Virus record (IMG/VR): IMGVR_UViG_3300007363_002496
Location: 1 to 38,629 of that record
Direction: 5' to 3' (one strand)
Source: a virus
Lineage: Duplodnaviria; Caudoviricetes
Length of the DNA stretch: 38,629 nucleotides
How positions within the stretch are numbered: position 1 is the first letter of the stretch; each line of letters starts with the position of its first letter. Made by a program: the position numbers and the translations under genes. Of the stretch, positions 19,449 through 26,229 are shown piece by piece. The notes beneath the pieces are model-generated. The model was not told the origin of the DNA. It saw only the letters and a list, made by a program, of their open reading frames with translations, and did no database searches.

Positions 19449-19477
19449 GCGACCAAAACCCACTCTAGTGGTAGCAT
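19449..19477 (+). promoter_or_regulatory. GACCAA-class promoter
   Basis: GCGACC-AAAA, 17 bp, TG-G-TAGCAT. Confidence 0.65.
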
Positions 19478-19519
19478 TTAGGTACTGCACACGCAGTCTA
19501 ATAATGTGAATTAATTTGT

Positions 19520-19699
19520 ATGAAATCATTACTAAGCTCAAAAACGTTCTGGGTTGCAGTCATTCAAGCTGTAGTCGGTGGTTTGGTCATTCTCTTCACT
19601 GAAGTACCAGACCTTGTTGGATACGTAGCCATCGTGAAATCTATCGGTGACATTCTTTTGCGTATCGTCACAACTGAACCAATTCGTAGCATAACCTAA
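19520..19699 (+). CDS. 59-aa two-TM holin-like protein (not in ORF track)
   Basis: MKSLLSSKTFWVAVIQAVVGGLVILFTEVPDLVGYVAIVKSIGDILLRIVTTEPIRSIT; SKTFW...LR.VT.EP pattern of small phage holins. Confidence 0.75.
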   Translation: MKSLLSSKTFWVAVIQAVVGGLVILFTEVPDLVGYVAIVKSIGDILLRIVTTEPIRSIT

Positions 19700-19734
19700 C
19701 CGCTATGCTCTAGTACCGGCTATCTCCGGTCATC

Positions 19735-20187
19735 ATGATACTCGCTAGTTTCATCGTTGCTGCTTCCACGGCTATGTTCGCACCAGGAATCAGCAACAAC
19801 ATACCGGAACTGGATCCACTTCCTATACTGGCTGTTGACGTTATCCATCAACAGCCAGTAGAAGTGAAGCCACTTCCAAGCACAAAACCAAATAGGGGAA
19901 GTGCGTGCAATTGTTACAACATCTTGAAAGATACTTTTTTGGATGTACCACCAATGGAAGCTATTTTGCGTCAAGCTACCAGTACCGTGGGTAACGTAGC
20001 GGTGATGCAATATCCAGCCACACCAGACTTCCCAAATGGGATGCCGCACGTAGCCTTGGTCCGGGCAGTACTACCAGATGGATCACTCGAGATTGAAGAG
20101 TATAACTACAAACGCTGTACCCACTCGACACGCATCATCCCTCCCGACTACCATCGCTTAGTGGGCTTCACTACTCTCGACTCATAG
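19735..20187 (+). CDS. CHAP-like amidase with hydrophobic N-terminus
   Basis: CNC(Y) catalytic Cys region, PHVALV (H), LEIEEYNY (E); signal/anchor-like N-terminus and Pro-rich linker. Confidence 0.75.
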   Translation: MILASFIVAASTAMFAPGISNNIPELDPLPILAVDVIHQQPVEVKPLPSTKPNRGSACNCYNILKDTFLDVPPMEAILRQATSTVGNVAVMQYPATPDFPNGMPHVALVRAVLPDGSLEIEEYNYKRCTHSTRIIPPDYHRLVGFTTLDS

Positions 20188-20215
20188 ACTCCCCTTCCCT
20201 ACTCACATGGATATG

Positions 20216-20243
20216 CAAAAAGCACTCTCTCGAGTGCTTTTTG
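20216..20243. terminator. Bidirectional intrinsic terminator between convergent operons
   Basis: CAAAAAGCACTC-TCTC-GAGTGCTTTTTG, perfect 12-bp stem with A/T tracts on both sides. Confidence 0.85.
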
Positions 20244-20389
20244 TGTGATTAGGACATATGCGATAGGGTAGGGGAGTGGTAGATAGCCTTATTCATAGCC
20301 ATATTCTTACGTGACTGAAAGTAGACGATTTTACGAGATAAATCAGCCGGGGGAGTGGTGTTCCATTCCCTTTAGGGTAGAAATCTCGG

Positions 20390-20605
20390 CTAGGCGATAC
20401 CCAATCTACTACGTGAATTTATGATCTCAACCATCAAATCCTCCCTGGCCACTTCCCTCATGTAATTTTGCTCGATCACCTCCTGAATCTGCTTCTCAGT
20501 AGTCACCTTTATACCCTGCTCTTCAAGCAAATAGAAAGCCAAGAGTGTCATCAAATCTTTGCGCTCCATCTTCTTCATCCTCTGGCGCATTTCAAACTCG
20601 CTCAT
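20390..20605 (-). CDS. Hypothetical protein (start MSEFEM)
   Basis: ATG immediately after the upstream stop; 71 aa. Confidence 0.65.
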   Translation of the reverse strand: MSEFEMRQRMKKMERKDLMTLLAFYLLEEQGIKVTTEKQIQEVIEQNYMREVAREDLMVEIINSRSRLGIA

Positions 20606-20606
20606 A

Positions 20607-20780
20607 CTATAAAGAATTGTCGTAATAACTCTCGATGCTTTCAGTGTAGTCCTCTTCAAATTTTGGGTCTCTCTTCACAGCTTCTCTATTTATTTTAACC
20701 AATACATTTATGCGCTCTTGCCTAGTTTCAATTTCTCGATTTATTTGCTGAATCTGATTTAAGATATCTTCTTGTCTCAT
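20607..20780 (-). CDS. 57-aa coiled-coil hypothetical protein (not in ORF track)
   Basis: MRQEDILNQIQQINREIETRQERI...; fills the gap between neighbours. Confidence 0.7.
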   Translation of the reverse strand: MRQEDILNQIQQINREIETRQERINVLVKINREAVKRDPKFEEDYTESIESYYDNSL

Positions 20781-20784
20781 AATT

Positions 20785-21042
20785 TTAATAACTAATTACT
20801 CTCCATCCTCTACTGATATCACTGTATAGATACCCTGTGTAGTCATGTGGGTATCCAGTATTGTAAGAGAGTTTTCTAAACCTTATGTATGCTCCGATTC
20901 TATCGACTACTGTGCGTTTCCTATTGCCTGGAGATATCACGACCGACCCTTTTTTTAATTTATCGAACTGTCTTCGAGTCATTGTTTTACTTTTCAACTC
21001 TACCTTTGCCGGCAACTCTCTTTTACAGTGAGGACAGCGCAT
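20785..21042 (-). CDS. Hypothetical protein with N-terminal CxxC
   Basis: MRCPHC; basic, 85 aa. Confidence 0.65.
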   Translation of the reverse strand: MRCPHCKRELPAKVELKSKTMTRRQFDKLKKGSVVISPGNRKRTVVDRIGAYIRFRKLSYNTGYPHDYTGYLYSDISRGWRVISY

Positions 21043-21043
21043 A

Positions 21044-21460
21044 CTATTCTTCCCCTCTTAGCTTGATAAACATCGCTTCAGTAAGCTCAGCATTAAACTC
21101 AATCTGATCATGGCAGCACTGGCACGCTACTACCCACTGCTTTGGAGAAGCCAATAGAACTGCATCCCCTTTGTACCACGCTCGCTTATGGCGGTGAGCT
21201 GGTGCTAGTGGCCAAGTCTTGGTGCATCCTTCCAGATTCAGCTCACAGACCTTCATATCCATGGCCTTGGCGTAGTCCGCAATCAATCCTCTGGCGGTTT
21301 TATTGGCCTTACCGACCTTACCTACCTTCCGGATGTTTTTCTTCACCTTGAGCGTTGTATGGCTTTTCAGTGTGGTCCTGGTAGTCAAACCTTTACGCTC
21401 AGACTTACCGTATACACTGCCCCACGGCTTTCTTGGATTTTTAAATGTTGATTGTTTCAT
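21044..21460 (-). CDS. HNH-type Zn-binding nuclease-like protein (NinG/Ref-like)
   Basis: CELNLEGC...PAHRHKR...VVACQCCHDQI after a basic N-terminus; start moved to MKQSTF because 21441-21587 is a separate gene. Confidence 0.65.
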   Translation of the reverse strand: MKQSTFKNPRKPWGSVYGKSERKGLTTRTTLKSHTTLKVKKNIRKVGKVGKANKTARGLIADYAKAMDMKVCELNLEGCTKTWPLAPAHRHKRAWYKGDAVLLASPKQWVVACQCCHDQIEFNAELTEAMFIKLRGEE

Positions 21461-21587
21461 TTTTAGTTTTTTTAGGACGACCACCTTTCTTTCCATTCTC
21501 ACGTACTGCTGCGGCTTTGGCTTCGCTCTTTTTCTTTCCACCAAGGCGGCCAAGAGCTACCGCGTGGGGATTCTTATTTGTTGACAT
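21441..21587 (-). CDS. 48-aa basic KGG/AT-hook-like DNA-binding protein (not in ORF track)
   Basis: MSTNKNPHAVALGRLGGKKKSEAKAAAVRENGKKGGRPKKTKNETINI. Confidence 0.8.
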   Translation of the reverse strand: MSTNKNPHAVALGRLGGKKKSEAKAAAVRENGKKGGRPKKTKNETINI

Positions 21588-21741
21588 CGAGTACTGCTTT
21601 AACGATTAAACCTACGTACATTTGGCTTAGACTTTTCTTAGTATCCATTTGCTTCACTAGCTTCTTGATCTCATCTTCATCCCTTAGATCCTGGTGTACT
21701 GCTTCACGAACGATATCGCGCATCAGTTGTTGTTCAAACAT
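21574..21741 (-). CDS. 55-aa hypothetical protein, first gene of the leftward operon (not in ORF track)
   Basis: MFEQQLMRDIVREAVHQDLRDEDEIKKLVKQM...; downstream of a consensus promoter. Confidence 0.7.
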   Translation of the reverse strand: MFEQQLMRDIVREAVHQDLRDEDEIKKLVKQMDTKKSLSQMYVGLIVKAVLDVNK

Positions 21742-21769
21742 AATTTATTTCTTATTAACTAATACGCTT

Positions 21770-21798
21770 AGGTTATCAAAACGCTTAGGTTTTGTCAA
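21770..21798 (-). promoter_or_regulatory. Leftward sigma70 promoter overlapped by two 11-bp direct repeats
   Basis: Minus strand TTGACA-17 bp-TAACCT with extended TG; ACGCTTAGGTT at 21764-21774 and 21781-21791. Confidence 0.8.
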
Positions 21799-21817
21799 AG
21801 CCCTCATAAACATGATG

Positions 21818-21850
21818 GGGATATCGCTATCACTTTCAACGTGCTATCCT
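21818..21850 (+). promoter_or_regulatory. GGGATA-class promoter, leaderless
   Basis: GGGATATCGCTA...TG-C-TATCCT, 6 nt, ATG 21857. Confidence 0.6.
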
Positions 21851-21856
21851 TTTGAC

Positions 21857-22141
21857 ATGGGCAAAAAGGTTGTTAATGAAGACTATGCAAAACCACTATT
21901 CACTCGCATCTACCGGAAGCACCGTAAGATGTTAGATGAATTAGTGCACAGCTTTCCTCTCATAAAAATTAAATACCCACGTAAAGATGGTCCACAAGAG
22001 CGCCCAATTACCGACACTGAAGTGGTCCAAGTAGCAATTGAAAAGCTACACCATCGCCGCGTAATTGCACCTACAAAACAACATGGCACAAGAAACATAC
22101 ACAACAAAGCTATTTCATCCGATAACTCTCGAACAGATTGA
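21857..22141 (+). CDS. Possible ribbon-helix-helix transcription regulator
   Basis: Strand PLFTRIY, helix RKHRKMLDEL, helix ITDTEVVQVAIEKL; transcribed divergently from the leftward operon. Confidence 0.5.
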   Translation: MGKKVVNEDYAKPLFTRIYRKHRKMLDELVHSFPLIKIKYPRKDGPQERPITDTEVVQVAIEKLHHRRVIAPTKQHGTRNIHNKAISSDNSRTD

Positions 22142-22265
22142 ATGTAGAGTATTTTTAAACTATTATGGCCTTGGTCATGATGGCTACCGTTTTAAAGGTG
22201 ATTCAGTGATGTATAGTAAAGAGGAACTAGATGCGATGGCTCCACAAACCGAGCCATCCGGCTAG
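22083..22265 (+). CDS. Hypothetical protein
   Basis: 60 aa from MAQETY. Confidence 0.6.
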   Translation: MAQETYTTKLFHPITLEQIECRVFLNYYGLGHDGYRFKGDSVMYSKEELDAMAPQTEPSG

Positions 22266-22290
22266 GTTTTATAATTAACTTTACGTGCTT

Positions 22291-22404
22291 ATGAACACAG
22301 AAGATACAACTGTCGACAGTGCAGCAGAAGAAACTAGTGAGGAAACTGAAGCGGAAACTACCGATGAAGAGACCGAGCAAACTGAAACCGAAGCAGCAGA
22401 GTAG
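22291..22404 (+). CDS. 37-aa extremely acidic peptide (not in ORF track)
   Basis: MNTEDTTVDSAAEETSEETEAETTDEETEQTETEAAE; 16 D/E, no K/R. Confidence 0.65.
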   Translation: MNTEDTTVDSAAEETSEETEAETTDEETEQTETEAAE

Positions 22405-22467
22405 TAGAATGGATTTAGATTGTTCTTTCTACAATTAAATACCTCCAAAATTCTAACGCTAAGAGTA

Positions 22468-22493
22468 AAGGCCCGCATGTTATTGCGGGCCTT
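22468..22493. terminator. Hairpin between convergent genes
   Basis: AAGGCCCGCA-TGTTAT-TGCGGGCCTT, perfect 10-bp stem. Confidence 0.75.
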
Positions 22494-22532
22494 GCTCGTA
22501 ACCCTGAGCAGGGAGATAAGGATCACCTCCTT

Positions 22533-22703
22533 TCAGCGGTTGTGCGATTCGCAGTATGGGCAGTCCGGTATCTCGACAGCACCGTGAACGGGGCATTTTC
22601 TGGTGGCTTCTTGCCTTCGCACTTCGGAAATGTGCGGGATAACCGGTGCCGCGAGATCGAGCCGGTCCGGCATGGGTAGTGACAATTGCTTTTCATGCTG
22701 CAT
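22533..22703 (-). CDS. 56-aa protein with CxxH...CxxC zinc-finger-like C-terminus (not in ORF track)
   Basis: MQHEKQLSLPMPD...KCPVHGAVEIPDCPYCESHNR; AAGGAG SD 7 nt upstream; own promoter. Confidence 0.7.
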   Translation of the reverse strand: MQHEKQLSLPMPDRLDLAAPVIPHISEVRRQEATRKCPVHGAVEIPDCPYCESHNR

Positions 22704-22735
22704 GGTCCTTCTCCTTGGTGAACAAACCTACTTCT

Positions 22736-22764
22736 ATTATGTGGATAAACTGTGGATTGGTCAC
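22736..22764 (-). promoter_or_regulatory. GACCAA-class promoter overlapping two DnaA boxes
   Basis: Minus strand GTGACC-AATCCACAGTTTATCCA (17)-CATAAT. Confidence 0.65.
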
Positions 22765-22996
22765 TGAGTAACCGTGTACAGAAGCAGTGTATCAACTGTG
22801 GAAAATCTGTGTATAACTGGTCCACTATCCCTACTGGCTTCTATGTGCTGTTTTTTGTACACACCTTTTTCCCCATATGTTCACACTTTATTCACAGTCA
22901 TTACTCTCCAAATACTGTGCAATTACTCTACAATTTGCACTTTCCCACATCTCCACAGGGCTAATAGTAGTAATAAATTTTTTAAAAAAGAAATAA
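22740..22996. other. oriC-like replication origin: DnaA-box array, DnaA-trios and AT-rich tract
   Basis: Exact TTWTNCACA at 22740(-), 22797(-), 22808(-), 22888(+). One or two mismatches at 22751, 22786, 22855, 22867, 22877, 22941, 22949. Then GGG, CTA-ATA-GTA-GTA-ATA and an A/T run. Confidence 0.85.
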
Positions 22997-23023
22997 GACA
23001 CTGCTATCCCCATGGTGTATGAT
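22995..23023 (+). promoter_or_regulatory. Rightward sigma70-like promoter next to the origin
   Basis: AAGACA-17 bp-TATGAT; spacer contains CTATCCCCA. Confidence 0.5.
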
Positions 23024-23068
23024 AAAGCTACCCGTGGTGGGAGATATGCTAATCTTAAAATTAAATTT

Positions 23069-23572
23069 ATGACACAAATTTTTAAAGTATTGAAGAATTT
23101 TGAATTAGATGGTGAACCGGTCCGGATTGGCCAAGAAGTAGTGTGTCGAGCACGTGAAGCTGAAGCACTACAAAAACAAGGTTTTATCACACCATCAGAC
23201 CGTGAACTTGATCCGGCTGAGCCAAAGGATGCTGAGCTGATTGCAAAGAGTAAGTCTCGAGCTGAAAGACGACATAGTGAAATCACTGGCGCAGAAGCCC
23301 AGCGTGATGAAGAAAAGAATGAACGTGAAATTGAGAAGGATGTTGACCGGGTTGCTCGAGTAGAAAAAGCCAAAGTCTTGGCTGAAAAAGTCGGTCGCAT
23401 TGAGGATATAGAAGCACTTGAAGCCATGACGATTGAGCAGTTAGATAAGGAAATTGAAGTGATGAGTGCTGCTCTTCCAGCGGAAAATAAAGAAGAGACA
23501 GAAGAAACAACTGAAGATGCCAAGCCAGAAGCACCAGCACCAACTTCACGCAATCGAACTGCTAAGGGATAA
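23069..23572 (+). CDS. Charged hypothetical protein with a small N-terminal domain
   Basis: MTQIFKVLKNFELDGEPVRIGQEV...EAEALQKQGFI, then coiled/acidic; AT-rich leader before the ATG. Confidence 0.7.
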   Translation: MTQIFKVLKNFELDGEPVRIGQEVVCRAREAEALQKQGFITPSDRELDPAEPKDAELIAKSKSRAERRHSEITGAEAQRDEEKNEREIEKDVDRVARVEKAKVLAEKVGRIEDIEALEAMTIEQLDKEIEVMSAALPAENKEETEETTEDAKPEAPAPTSRNRTAKG

Positions 23573-23598
23573 CGCTAGCGGTATCCCTGTGCTAAGAT
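23566..23598 (+). promoter_or_regulatory. GGGATA-class promoter within a 22-bp near-palindrome, leaderless
   Basis: GGGATAACGCTAGCGGTATCCC (one mismatched pair), TG-C-TAAGAT, 6 nt, ATG 23605. Confidence 0.7.
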
Positions 23599-23604
23599 TT
23601 AGGC

Positions 23605-24198
23605 ATGGCACGTGGGAGTAAAACAAAAACAGCAAAACAACAAGAAGCTGCCATCAAGGTGGTCCAAGAAAAGAGCCTGGATTTAACAGAGGATGTGGAT
23701 CGTTATGATTCTAAAAATCCTCGACAGGCTCTTTTTTTGCAATTGTATTTTGACCACCGCTCACCTACGTGGGGAAACGCAAAGCAGTCAGCTATTGCTG
23801 CCGGATTTAGTGAAGAATATGCGGATGTAATTACCTACCAACAACCTAAGTGGTTCTCGGATTTCATCGGGCAACAAGATATCGCTTCACTTATTGAAAA
23901 ACATGTGGCAGAAGTGTTAAACCTCCCAACCGTGACTCAAGCTATGGGTGCTTTTGGTCCCATAACCACCACTGAAACCATCAAAGTAGAGAAAACTTTT
24001 AAAAATGGTAAAACCCGACTAGTGAACAAAAAGATTAAGGTCCCAGTCTACGTACCAAACATCAACGTGATCAAAGAGAAAACGGCTGTGATGAAGATAG
24101 CAGCACCCGCGCACAATCCAGAAAAGTACGGTAAGAAGACTGGTGGCAATAACAATTTCTTTTTCGATATGCGCCAAACTAAAGAGCGATACACATGA
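23605..24198 (+). CDS. terS: Terminase small subunit
   Basis: PRQALFLQLY...GNAKQSAIAAGFSEEYA HTH pattern; overlaps the terL start. Confidence 0.85.
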   Translation: MARGSKTKTAKQQEAAIKVVQEKSLDLTEDVDRYDSKNPRQALFLQLYFDHRSPTWGNAKQSAIAAGFSEEYADVITYQQPKWFSDFIGQQDIASLIEKHVAEVLNLPTVTQAMGAFGPITTTETIKVEKTFKNGKTRLVNKKIKVPVYVPNINVIKEKTAVMKIAAPAHNPEKYGKKTGGNNNFFFDMRQTKERYT

Positions 24199-25790
24199 AA
24201 TACCGTTTGTTTATAGAAGAAAATTTTATGATCGACTTCGCCAATACCGGCGAGTTGGTGCCTTTTAAATTCAATCCGGTACAAGAAATCTACTACGAAG
24301 AGCTATGCCGTGATTACGATATCGAAAAGAAGGGTATCAATATCCCGATTCGAGAAAACATTTTGAAGGCTCGGCGCGAGGGATTTTCTTCTTTTATCCT
24401 TGGTTTGTTTGCTGCTGATGATCTGATGAACGATAATCCGACTGAAACGGACGTACTTTCATACAAAGAAGATGCCACCAATATCTTTCGGAAGCGATAC
24501 CGCACGTACCTACTCTCTTTTTTTGCAAAAGAATTTGGCGTGTCTCAACAACAGGTACGCGACAACATCAACATCCTTGAGGAAATTGCACCCAATGTAT
24601 TTTCAACCGATGCCAATGACATCACATTGAAGCACAATAAGGCTCACTTTCAATGTAATACCGCCAGCGCTCGAGTGGGTGGCCGTGGTGGTGTACGCCA
24701 TAAGATTCTCTTTTCCGAGATTGCTTTCTATCCAGATACTCAAAAAATTCTGGCCAGTGAGATGATTGAAGCTACCATGCGACAGGTAGATCCCGCATCC
24801 GGCTGGATATTTGCTGAATCTACCGAAAACGGACAGGGGACATACCAACACCGCATGTGGGTGGAAGCAAAACGTGGGCGCTCTCGCTTTAAAAACCGCT
24901 TCTATGGCACTGGCCACTTCTATGATGAAAAGCAGTTGGCAATTATTAAGTCGGAATACGTGGACATGGATTCATTCCGGCGTGACTATCCGCAAACAGA
25001 AGACGACCTATTCAAAGGATCCGCACGTTCTTTTACCTCAGAAGATCAGCTTACCAAGCTCATCGACCATCCGACAGCGGATAAAGACTTTGTGTACGCT
25101 GCTGAATTCCAGCACCAAAACGGAATGGACGTGGCTGAAATTATGGCGCACGACCTAGAAAAGCTGGCACGTGCTCATGAAGGGCGCTCCTTATACGTAG
25201 GAATTGATGAAGCGAAAGATATTGATGCCACTGTAATGTTTGTACTACGCGACCGCAGAAGGTCACTAAGGGGAGGGGTAAAGGGTATTGAAATCGATAC
25301 TACACGTGGCGATTGGCTAGCTGACTGGTTTGAACGTAACACAAATTACTACGTAAAGCGGGTGAAATTTAGTAGACCATCTAAATCACTCATGTATTCC
25401 AACCTTCAAATCGTTATTGAAGATGAGCTCACTTCCCTTCCTGAGTGGAAAACGCCAGACGGCCAGTTTGTTTCGAAAGAAATGGAGCACTTTTATAACC
25501 AAATGATCACACTCGAGAAGGAAATCATTGGTGGAATGTTGGTAGTCCGACACCCGCCCGGCTCATGTAGCAAGAATGGCCACAACTATGATGAATGTCC
25601 GTACCATGATGACTATCCAGATGCTTGGATGATGGCTGAAGATATTTACGTGGATATAAATGGTGTACCAGAGCGCAAAAAGAAACCAGAAGTGCCATCA
25701 GTACCAAACATGATTCAAGGTATTCTTGACAAAGGTACTATTCGAGATCCCCGCCGTAACCGTGGGCGTTATGAAAGCTCATTTGAATAG
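24195..25790 (+). CDS. terL: Terminase large subunit
   Basis: FNPVQ, ILKARREGFSS (Walker A), ILFSEIAF (Walker B), ESTENG, YVGID...D, HDDYPDA. Confidence 0.95.
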   Translation: MKYRLFIEENFMIDFANTGELVPFKFNPVQEIYYEELCRDYDIEKKGINIPIRENILKARREGFSSFILGLFAADDLMNDNPTETDVLSYKEDATNIFRKRYRTYLLSFFAKEFGVSQQQVRDNINILEEIAPNVFSTDANDITLKHNKAHFQCNTASARVGGRGGVRHKILFSEIAFYPDTQKILASEMIEATMRQVDPASGWIFAESTENGQGTYQHRMWVEAKRGRSRFKNRFYGTGHFYDEKQLAIIKSEYVDMDSFRRDYPQTEDDLFKGSARSFTSEDQLTKLIDHPTADKDFVYAAEFQHQNGMDVAEIMAHDLEKLARAHEGRSLYVGIDEAKDIDATVMFVLRDRRRSLRGGVKGIEIDTTRGDWLADWFERNTNYYVKRVKFSRPSKSLMYSNLQIVIEDELTSLPEWKTPDGQFVSKEMEHFYNQMITLEKEIIGGMLVVRHPPGSCSKNGHNYDECPYHDDYPDAWMMAEDIYVDINGVPERKKKPEVPSVPNMIQGILDKGTIRDPRRNRGRYESSFE

Positions 25791-25805
25791 TGCACCACTA
25801 CTACT

Positions 25806-25834
25806 TTGACCAAAAAAGTGTAGTAAAGCATAAT
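25806..25834 (+). promoter_or_regulatory. GACCAA-class promoter
   Basis: TTGACC-AAAA, 17 bp, CATAAT. Confidence 0.75.
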
Positions 25835-25863
25835 AAATTCATTACAAACTAGCGCCAATTATT

Positions 25864-26226
25864 ATGACATTTCGTTTTGATACCGTAGAACACGCCAATA
25901 AGGATCGATACAGTGCCGCCATGACGGAGACACTTGATCCAGTAAATGATGGTGTACGCACCTATCCCGATGCAAGCTCGGTTCAAATCTCTGCATCTAC
26001 CCTTGTCAAAACCGGCGCTGGTCGTGTGCAAGGAATCATTGTAGCTTCACACACTTCCGGAACTATTAAACTCTGGGATAACACTAGTGCTGCTGGTACA
26101 GTGCTTGTTGATACTATTACTCTCGCATCTGGTGAACGATTTATCCCGCTTCTAGGAATGAACTTTGCCACAGGTTTGTATGTCACGATTGGCGGTACTG
26201 CTAACATCACCGTGGTATACAATTAA
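25864..26226 (+). CDS. Small beta-rich virion protein
   Basis: VKTGAG...IKLWDNTSAAGT...FATGLYVTIGG; a pattern common in phage structural proteins. Confidence 0.6.
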   Translation: MTFRFDTVEHANKDRYSAAMTETLDPVNDGVRTYPDASSVQISASTLVKTGAGRVQGIIVASHTSGTIKLWDNTSAAGTVLVDTITLASGERFIPLLGMNFATGLYVTIGGTANITVVYN

Positions 26227-26229
26227 CCT

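Noticed and set aside
21578-21856. N-terminal half of the 187-aa track ORF 21578-22141, and track ORFs 22523-22825, 22752-22964 and 22774-23022
   Set aside because: They overlap opposite-strand genes, promoters or the DnaA-box array. Better-supported starts are 21857 (+) and 22703 (-).
22520-22534. Possible 16S rRNA gene fragment
   Set aside because: Only the 15-nt anti-SD tail matches and the flanks do not look like rRNA. Kept as a regulatory finding.
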